From contig JAKIUO010000002.1 of assembly GCA_021647535.1 (NCBI GenBank), positions 1 through 37,939 of the forward strand: DNA of 37,939 nt. The letters run 5' to 3'. The notes beneath the pieces were generated by a model. The model was not told the DNA's origin. It did no database searches and was given only the letters and a program-made list of their open reading frames with translations. Each line of letters starts with the position of its first letter. Position 1 is the stretch's first letter. Both the position numbers and the translations under genes were made by a program. Origin of the DNA: Hyphomicrobiaceae bacterium. GTDB taxonomy: Bacteria; Pseudomonadota; Alphaproteobacteria; Rhizobiales; JAKIUO01. Shown here piece by piece: positions 1 through 8,290 of this stretch.

Positions 1-663
1 CTCAAGGTCAAGCCCAAGGATGGTATTTTATATCTGCGCTATGCCCTGTCTGGCATTGATCGCGATGTCATCGACATCACAATGGAGATCTATAGCGAGG
101 GCGATGTCGTCAATAGCAGTCATCTGTCCATGCTCATTGACCCGCGCAATCTTAAAGGCTGTACGCAAAAGAGCGCCGACCCGCTGCTCGCCATCTATAA
201 TAGTGCCAACCTCAAGGGCCTGCAATTTGAACTGGCCAGCACACAAAAAACCTATCAGGTGGGCCGCGACAAGGTGGAATTCATCATCCGGGCAAAACAA
301 CCGCTTTATTTCTATTGCCTCTCGGTCGGTGCTGACGGCACCTCACGGATGGCCTTTCCCTGGAACCGCACCCAGCTGGCAACGCCATGGACCGCTGGAA
401 AATCGCGCAGCTATCCCAATGATTTCGGCCTGACACCCTTTGTCTTGCAACAAGAAGCCCGCGAACTGTTTGGCTGTTATTCGAGCCCCTCGCGCCTGCC
501 TGTAGCATTGGAAAATCGCTGGCTGTCCGCTCATCCCTTCAATGCAGCCAAAACCGGCGGCGATGGCGTGTTGTCTTATTATCAAACCCGGCAACTACTG
601 GCCGAACTCGATAGTACACCAAATACCGGCAGCGCCTTCACATGGTTGCGCGCCAAAAAGTAG
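1..663 (+). CDS. hypothetical protein, C-terminal part (5' end outside window); DUF4384-like domain
   Basis: Frame 1 is open from nt 1 to the TAG at 661-663; the ORF track only starts at internal Met 82. The segment YQVGRDKVEFIIRAKQPLYFYCLSVGADGTSRMAFPWN resembles the DUF4384 core as I remember it. Not searched. Confidence 0.5.
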   Translation, partial: LKVKPKDGILYLRYALSGIDRDVIDITMEIYSEGDVVNSSHLSMLIDPRNLKGCTQKSADPLLAIYNSANLKGLQFELASTQKTYQVGRDKVEFIIRAKQPLYFYCLSVGADGTSRMAFPWNRTQLATPWTAGKSRSYPNDFGLTPFVLQQEARELFGCYSSPSRLPVALENRWLSAHPFNAAKTGGDGVLSYYQTRQLLAELDSTPNTGSAFTWLRAKK

Positions 664-670
664 AGCGCTG

Positions 671-902
671 CTCGCTTCGCGAATGGGTTGCCACGCTCTG
701 TCTGCTCCTTGGCCCATTCGGGGAAAGCATCCCCGAACCCCTGCTTTTTTAATTTTTCAAATAGAAAAAACGGGTGGTTTGGGTGTCCCTCCAACGGGGT
801 TCGGGGCTGGCCCCGTCGCGAAGCGAGTTGTGCGAGAATTGAATGGCCCTGGGGGTATCCCCTCAAGCGGATAATGGGCGATAGCCCATTCGCGAAGCAA
901 GT
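671..902. repeat. Family-A palindromic intergenic mosaic element, copy A1
   Basis: Shares several modules with 11361-11570: ctcgcttcgcgaa, cccattcggggaaagc..tccccgaacccc, gggtggtttggg, ctcaagcgg and gagaattgaatggccct. Internal inverted repeats are ctcgcttcgcgaatggg (671-) against ccccgtcgcgaagcgag (811-827) and cccattcgcgaagcaag (885-901). Confidence 0.8.
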
Positions 903-997
903 TTGACTTATATTCGCTCCCCCAAACACAAAAACAGCTCTGAGCTTTCCAATTGACTGTCATACCAACGAACAGGCAGATAAAGAGGATCTCGGTC

Positions 998-2062
998 ATG
1001 AAAAGTTCATTCACAGCTTCCCTGAAAACAATGGCCCTCTTGTTGTCCTCTCTGTTGATCCCCACGCAGGCTTTTGCTCATCTGCGCTGGTTCGTAGACG
1101 TCAACAGCCCCAGTGCACAAGCCTATCAACAAGCCATGAGCCGCTTTCAATTTGATCTTGTTTATCTGTTCCTGCTGGCTGGTGCCGTTGGTTTTGTCAT
1201 CAGCGCCATCACCCTTGATAATCTTGCCCGCAAAAACCAGTTGGTTGGAGCTCTGCTCAATGCGCCCATCAAGCTGCCTTTGCATTTGGAGTGGCGGCTG
1301 GTTTCTATTCTTCTTGGCCTGATGTTGTTGATGAACAGCCATCACGGTGTTTTGCTGGCCCCCAACCTGCCCACATCTGACGAATTCATGTTCAAGGCCG
1401 CGATTATCGTCCAGTTTGTTGTTGGCCTGCTGTTCATCTCTCAGCTATCCTTTGTCCTCTCGGCAATTGGCACCTTCTGCCTGGCACTGATTGCCTCCAT
1501 CATCACCCCGGCGATGATCATGATCGACTATGTTTTTGAATTTGCCGGTATCATGGTGGCCTTCTACCTGATCGGCCCCAGCATTAGCCGCATTGATCGC
1601 ATCTTGTGGCCCGCTTCCAGTCCCCGCAATGAACAAATGGCTGTGGCCGTTCTGGCTTTGTCACTTGGTTTGCAACTGGCCGAACTGGCCCTTCACAACA
1701 AGCTCTTGAACCCCGGTCTGGCCTTGATCTTTATTGACGATAACGGCTTTCTCAACTTCATGCGGATGATTGGTTTCACGTCCTTCAAAAACATCTATTT
1801 TGTCTTTGCTGGCGGGATTGCCGAATTGATACTGGGAACGCTTCTGGTCTTTGGCATCGCCACCCGCTTTGTTGCCCTTGGCATTGGCGCCATCTTCACT
1901 CTGACTTCTGCGATCTTTGGACTGCACGAACTGATCGGTCATATTCCAATCATGGCAGTCGTCCTGCTGATCGCCCTGCATGGCAAAAAGATCGGCCTGT
2001 TGTCTCTGGTGCGCTCCACTTTGAAAGAGCAGAATGCTAAAGCAGTGCCGCTGACCAACTAA
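998..2062 (+). CDS. multi-pass inner-membrane protein of unknown function
   Basis: The ORF is 953-2062. I moved the start to Met16 (ATG 998), which is preceded by AAAGAGGA. An N-terminal signal/anchor (MKSSFTASLKTMALLLSSLLIPTQAFA) is followed by about 9 hydrophobic helices. No family recognised. Confidence 0.7.
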   Translation: MKSSFTASLKTMALLLSSLLIPTQAFAHLRWFVDVNSPSAQAYQQAMSRFQFDLVYLFLLAGAVGFVISAITLDNLARKNQLVGALLNAPIKLPLHLEWRLVSILLGLMLLMNSHHGVLLAPNLPTSDEFMFKAAIIVQFVVGLLFISQLSFVLSAIGTFCLALIASIITPAMIMIDYVFEFAGIMVAFYLIGPSISRIDRILWPASSPRNEQMAVAVLALSLGLQLAELALHNKLLNPGLALIFIDDNGFLNFMRMIGFTSFKNIYFVFAGGIAELILGTLLVFGIATRFVALGIGAIFTLTSAIFGLHELIGHIPIMAVVLLIALHGKKIGLLSLVRSTLKEQNAKAVPLTN

Positions 2063-3161
2063 TCAGCTCTATAACGCATTGCGAGAAGGCTATACCAAGC
2101 GCATTTGAGGCCTGTTTTCCATCGACACCGTGGGCTGGAACCGTTGATTTGATAAGGCGCGAGGCGATCACCTTGCCTTCACCATTCATCAACTTGGCCA
2201 TGAACTCCACATGTCCCCTTGGTTGGGGCTTGCTGGTATCAATATGAAAACCTCTGATATTAACAAGCAGCTTATGGTCGCTCTCTTCTCCTTCAAGCGG
2301 TCGCAACACCGAACTCGCATAACCGGCGTTTTCATAACTCTGGATAATTTTTTCCTGAATGAGGTTAGGCAGATTGTCCGACCAGCGCGCGGTACCGATC
2401 GGCTGGCTTTGCCCGGCTTTGGGACGCATCTGGATCTTGTCCGTATTCAGTGCCAGCAAGACGGTTGGGTCATTAATCACCAGCCGCCATGTGGGTTTGC
2501 TGGCCAAGGGCTTAAAATCCGTTGGCGGCAGCAGATCATAAATAAGCCCGACCTTTTTGCCCTTGCCACCAGCCATGCGTTCCAGACCGTTCAATATGTT
2601 TTCAACACGCTGCTTGTTGCCGCCAAGCGATTTGGTAAAGGTCGATAAATTGGCGATGGTGTCTTTTAAGGGTTGGCGGTTTTCCGTCAATATATCATTG
2701 ACCTTGACGAGCACGCTGCTGATCTCGCGTCCCCAGTCATTACCAGCACGATTACTGGCGCGCAGCACAGGCAGTTCTGTTCCCTTAGACAGCAAAATTG
2801 GCGCGCCAACACTCCCCCCCTCCAGCGAAATGGCGGCAATACCAGTGAGCCCTTGATAATTAACGCCGACCATCGTGTCTGAACGCACACCAATATCCGC
2901 GTTCACACTGATCACCGCCTCAAGCCGCGCCGGGTTTTGCGGGTCCAGCGACAAGGCGCTCACTTCCCCGACACGCAGGCCGTTAAAAAACACACTGCCC
3001 CCGACCAACAACCCTGAAACGGGCCGGTTGAACTCGACCTTGTAGAGCTTCGCCCCCGAGCTGCCGACCGTGTTGTTCAGCCAATAGGTGAAGCCGAATA
3101 AAAGAGCAATGACAGCCAGCGTAAATGCCCCGATCACTTCGAAACGTGCCTTGAATTCCAT
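2037..3161 (-). CDS. MlaD/MCE-family substrate-binding protein fused to an ABC-transport auxiliary (PqiC/YmbA-like) C-terminal domain
   Basis: An N-terminal TM helix is followed by the MCE motif YKVEFNRPVSGLLVGGSVFFNGLRVGEV. The C-terminal ~170 aa resemble the ABC_trans_aux lipoprotein domain. It is the last gene of the permease-ATPase-MCE operon. Confidence 0.8.
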   Translation of the reverse strand: MEFKARFEVIGAFTLAVIALLFGFTYWLNNTVGSSGAKLYKVEFNRPVSGLLVGGSVFFNGLRVGEVSALSLDPQNPARLEAVISVNADIGVRSDTMVGVNYQGLTGIAAISLEGGSVGAPILLSKGTELPVLRASNRAGNDWGREISSVLVKVNDILTENRQPLKDTIANLSTFTKSLGGNKQRVENILNGLERMAGGKGKKVGLIYDLLPPTDFKPLASKPTWRLVINDPTVLLALNTDKIQMRPKAGQSQPIGTARWSDNLPNLIQEKIIQSYENAGYASSVLRPLEGEESDHKLLVNIRGFHIDTSKPQPRGHVEFMAKLMNGEGKVIASRLIKSTVPAHGVDGKQASNALGIAFSQCVIELISWSAALL

Positions 3162-3171
3162 AATCTTCGCC

Positions 3172-3972
3172 TTATGTTGTGCCGTTCACTAAACGCGCCG
3201 CCAGCCCACCGCTACGCTTGCCCTGAAAATAGGATTTAACCCATGGATGTGTGCTCGCCAGCATCTCGCTGATCGGGCCAGTCGTCACCACCTTGCCATC
3301 GGCCAGAACGGCGATGCGGTCAGTGATCGCATAAAGGCTTTCCAGATCATGGGTGATCATGAAAACCGATAGGCCGAGCGTTCGTTGCAAGGAGCGTATG
3401 AGCTCATCAAATTCGGCAGCTGAAATCGGGTCAAGACCAGAAGTGGGTTCATCCAGAAACAAAAATTCCGGGTCCAGCGCCAACGCCCGCGCCAGCGCCA
3501 CGCGCTTGGTCATGCCGCCCGATAATTCGGCAGGAGTCTTGTGGCGATCATCCGCCGACAAACCCACCATCTCCAGCTTGGCAATGGCCATTTCATCCAT
3601 CAGCCCAGGCGAGAGATTGAGGTTTTCGCGCATCTGAAACTGGATGTTCTGCAGAACGCTCAAGGATGAAAACAGCGCCCCCCCCTGAAACAAGATGCCT
3701 GTACGGCGCTCTAGCGCGGCCCGCCTTGTCGTGCCAAGCCCCTTGAGATCACGGCCAAAGATTTCGATCTGGCCCTGACGCTTTGGCAATAATCCAAGCA
3801 GGGTGCGCATGAGTACGGTTTTGCCCGACCCCGAGCCGCCGACAATGCCCAGAATTTCACCGCGAAAGACATCAAGCGATAGCCCATTGAGGACAAGATG
3901 CTCGCCAAAGCCGACGACAAGATCTGTTGTCCGCAATATAATCTGACCGCTTTTGTCACGTCCTTCACTCAT
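3172..3972 (-). CDS. ABC transporter ATP-binding protein, MlaF-like
   Basis: Walker A GGSGSGKT, signature LSGGMTKR and Walker B FLFLDEPTSGLD are present. I moved the start to Met19 (nt 3972), 4 nt after the upstream stop at 3977-3979. Confidence 0.9.
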   Translation of the reverse strand: MSEGRDKSGQIILRTTDLVVGFGEHLVLNGLSLDVFRGEILGIVGGSGSGKTVLMRTLLGLLPKRQGQIEIFGRDLKGLGTTRRAALERRTGILFQGGALFSSLSVLQNIQFQMRENLNLSPGLMDEMAIAKLEMVGLSADDRHKTPAELSGGMTKRVALARALALDPEFLFLDEPTSGLDPISAAEFDELIRSLQRTLGLSVFMITHDLESLYAITDRIAVLADGKVVTTGPISEMLASTHPWVKSYFQGKRSGGLAARLVNGTT

Positions 3973-3976
3973 AGGC

Positions 3977-5125
3977 TCACATCCCAATGGCTGCAAAAAA
4001 GATGGCAAACAGGCCATCAAGGACAATCACCATAAATATACTTTTGACCACGGAGCGCGTTGTGTGATGACCAAGCGAGGCCGCACTGCCCTGCACTTTC
4101 AGGCCCTCCATACAGGCAATAATGCCAATCACCGCGCCCATGAAGGGGGCCTTGATCATGCCCACCTGGAAGTGCGTGATATTGATGGCCTCCTTCAGGC
4201 GCGCCACAAATATATCCGAGCCCATGCCGCCATAGGCAAAGGCCACCAGCCCGCCGCCATAAAGCGCCGCCATGGCCCCCAGAAAGGTCAATAGAGGCAT
4301 GGCGATGATGAGCACCAACACGCGCGGCAGGATTAATATTTCGACGGGGTCAAGCCCCATGGTTTTAAGGGCGTCGATTTCTTCGCGCATTTTCATCGAG
4401 CCAAGTTCAGCCGTAAAGGCACTGCCCGAGCGCCCGGCCACCATGATCGCCACCAGCAAAACACCGAGCTCACGCAGCACCAATATGCCGACCATATCGA
4501 CAACATAGACATCAGCACCAAATTTACGAAAATGAAAAAAGCCCTGCTGGGCAATGATCGCGCCAATCAAAAAGGTGATGAGCAAAATAATAGGTACCGC
4601 CCGCAAGCCGACCCGGTCAAGCTGATGAACACTGGCGGTGAAACGAAAGCGGCGCGGCTGCACCACGGCGCGAAAAAACGCGGCGCTCAAAGTGCCCAGC
4701 ATATTATTGAAAGAGCGCACATCACTCCACACCCCATGCACGGCCCGACCGATATTGGAGATGCCCCCACGAACAGCGCGCACAAAGGAAAAGTCAGGAG
4801 CCGCAGCCTCTTGCGCCTGCAGATTGCGCCCTTGCATATCCTCAAGCAATTTAAGCCCTTGTTGAGCTTGTCCGGTCACCACAAAGGTCAATCCGCGCAG
4901 ACCAGCCTCGCGGCGCAAACGCTCGACCAGCCAGGCCCCATAAGTGTCGAACGCGCCAACCTGAGACATTTCAAGAGAGACAGAGCTGGCCGCGCTGGCC
5001 TGCTCCATCCACTCTTCAAGCCGTGCCTCAAGCTCACCGGCCCTCAAGGCCGTCCAGGAACCACCGGCAACAAGCTCAAGCCTGCCCTCCTTAAGGGTTC
5101 CGCTTAACAAGGCGTCACTGGCCAT
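3977..5125 (-). CDS. MlaE-family ABC permease with N-terminal STAS-like domain
   Basis: The C-terminal ~260 aa carry the MlaE hallmark MREEIDALKTMGLDPVE and 5-6 TM helices. The N-terminal ~110 aa are soluble and STAS/MlaB-like. Confidence 0.85.
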   Translation of the reverse strand: MASDALLSGTLKEGRLELVAGGSWTALRAGELEARLEEWMEQASAASSVSLEMSQVGAFDTYGAWLVERLRREAGLRGLTFVVTGQAQQGLKLLEDMQGRNLQAQEAAAPDFSFVRAVRGGISNIGRAVHGVWSDVRSFNNMLGTLSAAFFRAVVQPRRFRFTASVHQLDRVGLRAVPIILLITFLIGAIIAQQGFFHFRKFGADVYVVDMVGILVLRELGVLLVAIMVAGRSGSAFTAELGSMKMREEIDALKTMGLDPVEILILPRVLVLIIAMPLLTFLGAMAALYGGGLVAFAYGGMGSDIFVARLKEAINITHFQVGMIKAPFMGAVIGIIACMEGLKVQGSAASLGHHTTRSVVKSIFMVIVLDGLFAIFFAAIGM

Positions 5126-5134
5126 AAACGTTCC

Positions 5135-5647
5135 CTATCGGGCCAGCTTGATGCTGACGGTTTTCAGATTGCTACCCGTTGTTTTGATCTTAACGCTTTG
5201 CGATCTCTTGCTGTAGGATACCAGCATTGTTCCTGTGACAATACCGCTGATCGTCATTTTCAGGCTCTTGGCTGTGGCCTTGCCCTTTAACACACCCGCC
5301 GCATGAAAGGTGCGCTCTTCCCAGCTGCCCGTCAGATGGCCACCATTATAGGAGAGCTTGCCGCGCATATGAATTTTATTACTGGGACTGGAGCACAATA
5401 TGGCCAGCCGCAATTGCGGGCCACCGCCTGTATAATAGGCATTGCAACTGATCCGTTCTCTTGTGCCATCCTGCAGAGAAAACGTGCCGCTCCCTTTCCA
5501 GCTGCCAAGTAAATTTTTAAAGGGACCGGCCTTTCCGGCCTGGGCTGTTTGAAGAGGGAGGGCCATCAAGAGTGCCACGAATGCCAGACTGGATAACCAC
5601 CTGATCCCATATGTCAACTTATTAAGATTTGTTGTTGTTGTTCTCAT
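5135..5647 (-). CDS. secreted hypothetical protein (beta-rich), first gene of the Mla-like operon
   Basis: Signal peptide ...LLMALPLQTAQA|GKAG. The gene lies 9 nt upstream of the permease start. No family recognised. Confidence 0.65.
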   Translation of the reverse strand: MRTTTTNLNKLTYGIRWLSSLAFVALLMALPLQTAQAGKAGPFKNLLGSWKGSGTFSLQDGTRERISCNAYYTGGGPQLRLAILCSSPSNKIHMRGKLSYNGGHLTGSWEERTFHAAGVLKGKATAKSLKMTISGIVTGTMLVSYSKRSQSVKIKTTGSNLKTVSIKLAR

Positions 5648-5817
5648 TCAATACTCTCCCTGAAATCCACTTGCCCTGTTCCCCCCAGAACACAGCTTAA
5701 ATTTTAACATATAATTTCTTCTGATGGGCTCACAAATGATTACTGATTAAGTAAATAATTAGCGATCCCCTCAAACATATGGGTTCATCTCCGCCAACTT
5801 CCAGCCTGCTAATCATT

Positions 5818-5854
5818 ATTCCAACCGCCCTAAATATTGCCCCATTACACCGGA
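5818..5854. repeat. Family-B element, orphan degenerate left-end fragment (B4)
   Basis: attccaaccgccctaaatattgccccattacaccgga matches the left end of 28677-28713 at 33 of 37 positions. Confidence 0.7.
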
Positions 5855-5934
5855 ATGGCCTCACCTTATCTCTAAATTATTTTCTGATGTGACCAGATTA
5901 TGGTTCTGACACGAGAAAAGATTCATGATATATT

Positions 5935-6199
5935 ATACCAACCCACAAAACTATTGACCTATATCACCGCAAGGAACAGGTTTGTCAGGGAGACGCTTGT
6001 TGTGCGGTGGTACTGACCCATAAACAACGAGCTTTGAAGCTGACACGCCTGTTCCTCCGGCCCTTTGGCTGGGGCATAGTGGCCCATCTGACTGGCACAC
6101 TGTTCTTGCAAGATACCAGTATCGAGCTGCGCCCAGTGTACCAGCCATATGAGCCACTATGATCCCATGATATAGGTCAATAGTTTTGTGGGGTGGTAT
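5935..6199. mobile_element. Family-B MITE-like element, variant copy B1 (265 bp, 32-bp TIRs)
   Basis: The TIRs are ataccaacccacaaaactattgacctatatca (5935-5966) and its reverse complement (6168-6199), with 1 mismatch. The right-hand ~90 nt of the core are close to 28860-28948: ggcccatctg...gcaagataccagtatc.agctgcgc...accagccatatgagcc.ctatgatccca. Confidence 0.8.
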
Positions 6200-6220
6200 T
6201 ATGTATCCAAGGAGGAAAAC

Positions 6221-7237
6221 ATGTCTGGCAAGAAGTTAAAGAAACTCTACTGCGCTCTGGCTGAAACCTATTTGAGACACCTCGTGGTCAGTCTCTTGCT
6301 GTTGGTCCCTGGCTTATTTTATGCTTTTGTTGCGACGGCAGAAAAGGCGATTTCCAAACCTTTGGAGACGAGGAGTGTCGCCGATACCATCGTTGGGCAC
6401 CCGCTGGAAGCACCGGTCAACAGACGCCCGGTCTCTGAAAAATTCTGGTGGAGCGATGACTGGTATCTGCGTGGCAAACTCATTGTGCCGACCAATCATG
6501 AAGTGATTGAGCGCGCCACAAGCTATATCAATCCTGCTGATGGCACCGAAATTCCAGCAATCATCTATCGCCCAAAGGGCAAAGGCAAATATCCTGCTAT
6601 TCTGTTCCAGCATGGACGACGTGGGCTGGACGAGATGGTGCAACGTCTGCCCCGCAGGCTGGCGGCAAGGGGCTTTGTTGTCCTTGCTCCCAATGTCTAT
6701 GACGCCCGCTTTATCGAAAAATTCCCTATGGAGCACAAGCCCGAAACCGAAGGCGATACAGCCGCCGGGATTGAATTTTTGCTCAAGCAACCCGATATTT
6801 CGACGAGCAAAATCTGTCTCTATTCCCATACGCGTGGCGGTTATTATACATTGAAAGCGGCGGTTGATTTCAAGCATCAGCACAAGCATGTCAGCTGCTA
6901 TGCGTCCAGCTATCCCCATTGGCAAAATCCCAATGCCGTCGAGCCGGCGCAGGTTTATCGCTATGCACCAGAGGCCGACCGGCTGACCATCCCGGCAATG
7001 ATTTTTATTGGCGAATATGAACAATATCAGCGCCGCCGCTCGATTGAAACGGCAGTTAAATTCATGAAACAGGCGGGCCGTGACATCAAGCTGGTGATCT
7101 ATCCAGGGGTTGGCCGTGGCTTTGATTTTCGCCCGCCAAGCATACGTACTTTTGCCGATGATCTAGCCACCAAAGACCAGATCATCCGCCTCGACAGGTT
7201 TTTTCGCCAGCACCTGTCCCAATGGCAAAAAAAATAA
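6221..7237 (+). CDS. dienelactone-hydrolase-like alpha/beta hydrolase with N-terminal membrane anchor/signal
   Basis: I moved the start to ATG 6221, preceded by AAGGAGG at 6209-6215. The earlier part of the ORF lies inside repeat B1. The protein shows the DLH-like pattern YPAILFQHGRRGL...GFVVLAPNVY...YSHTRGG. Confidence 0.7.
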   Translation: MSGKKLKKLYCALAETYLRHLVVSLLLLVPGLFYAFVATAEKAISKPLETRSVADTIVGHPLEAPVNRRPVSEKFWWSDDWYLRGKLIVPTNHEVIERATSYINPADGTEIPAIIYRPKGKGKYPAILFQHGRRGLDEMVQRLPRRLAARGFVVLAPNVYDARFIEKFPMEHKPETEGDTAAGIEFLLKQPDISTSKICLYSHTRGGYYTLKAAVDFKHQHKHVSCYASSYPHWQNPNAVEPAQVYRYAPEADRLTIPAMIFIGEYEQYQRRRSIETAVKFMKQAGRDIKLVIYPGVGRGFDFRPPSIRTFADDLATKDQIIRLDRFFRQHLSQWQKK

Positions 7238-7253
7238 AACCGGTCCTCATACC

Positions 7254-7312
7254 ATACCAACCGCCCTTAATATTGACCCATTGCATGGGATCATATTAAG
7301 GGCGGTTGGTAT
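7254..7312. repeat. Family-B collapsed hairpin copy (B3), likely also a terminator for the hydrolase gene
   Basis: The sequence is ataccaaccgcccttaatattgacccattgcatgggatcatattaagggcggttggtat. An 18-bp perfect stem (ataccaaccgcccttaat/attaagggcggttggtat) encloses a 23-nt loop. It lies 17 nt after the stop at 7237. Confidence 0.75.
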
Positions 7313-7513
7313 AAAAACATACGCAGAAATTAGCGCATGGATTTATGGCTGCCCTAAGGACATCCGCGGGAATAAGTGAATAGATTTGAGGCCGGAGTTT
7401 TGTTTGTCAGCAAGGCGTGCAAAGGGGCGTGTAGCTGACTACATAACCCTTTGCAGAACGAAGCTGGCGGACAAAAATACAAGTCGAATCGTTCAGTTAT
7501 TTTTGCGGCTGTC

Positions 7514-8164
7514 CTAAGCATGGACTTCAACTTGCATCGTGCGAGCGGGACCAGAATTAGCTCCAGAACCATCTGTAACGACCACAGCAAAACTGGCAAA
7601 TTGCGCCTCTTTGCCATCATGAACAAAAATAACCGTCCCTTTTTCGAGCTCGCTTTGCGTAAAGCTGTGCATTGTCACTTTTGGCTTGTCAAGACAGGCC
7701 ACAAAACCGTTTTGCATGGCCGAAACGGCAAAAGTCAGATCTTTCGCGTCATCATCTGGATCAATCGCCGTGAGATCCTGCGTTGTCAGGCGAACAGCCT
7801 TACCCTTATTGACAACCAGCTTCATGTCTCCCGACACAGTAGGGGGTATATTGCGCACATCAGCAGACAGCTCGCCGCCCTCTTTCATCGTCAGCTGACC
7901 ATATAAAATAGTGCCATGAGCCGAACCGCTCGCGCCTATATCAAGCAGACCTTCAACCCTCATCTCGCCTTGCAAAAAGCCGTTTAAGATAATATTGCGC
8001 GCCCGCACATTGCCAATCACTTTGCCGCCCTCATGGATGATCAACTCTCCCACATTAACAACACCATTGATCAGCCCAAAAACCTCGACACGAGCTGCTT
8101 GTGCCGTGACTTCTCCGTCAATGACCATTTCTTTTGAAATGACCGTTTCTATATGATCTATCAT
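7514..8164 (-). CDS. bactofilin-domain protein fused to a cadherin-like (CSPG/Cadherin_3-type) C-terminal domain
   Basis: The N-terminal ~105 aa show the bactofilin beta-helix periodicity (IDGEV...VFGLINGVV...GGKVIGNVRARNIILNGFLQGEMRVEG...GTILYGQLTMKEGGELSADV). The C-terminal ~100 aa carry LTTQDLTAIDPDDDAKDLTFAV...FTQSELEKGTVIFVHDGKE...FAVVVTDG. Confidence 0.7.
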   Translation of the reverse strand: MIDHIETVISKEMVIDGEVTAQAARVEVFGLINGVVNVGELIIHEGGKVIGNVRARNIILNGFLQGEMRVEGLLDIGASGSAHGTILYGQLTMKEGGELSADVRNIPPTVSGDMKLVVNKGKAVRLTTQDLTAIDPDDDAKDLTFAVSAMQNGFVACLDKPKVTMHSFTQSELEKGTVIFVHDGKEAQFASFAVVVTDGSGANSGPARTMQVEVHA

Positions 8165-8290
8165 TGCGTATGCACCTGATTGAATGAAGGATAAAGGGTA
8201 AAGGATGAAATATTCGTCAGTCTATACTGATCATTCCACAATAGGCATACAAGGTGGCATCAATATGGGTGATTTACCCCTACATGTGCC

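Noticed and set aside
6314-7024. 236-aa minus-strand ORF
   Set aside because: It lies antisense to the dienelactone-hydrolase-like gene, which has a strong RBS and family motifs.
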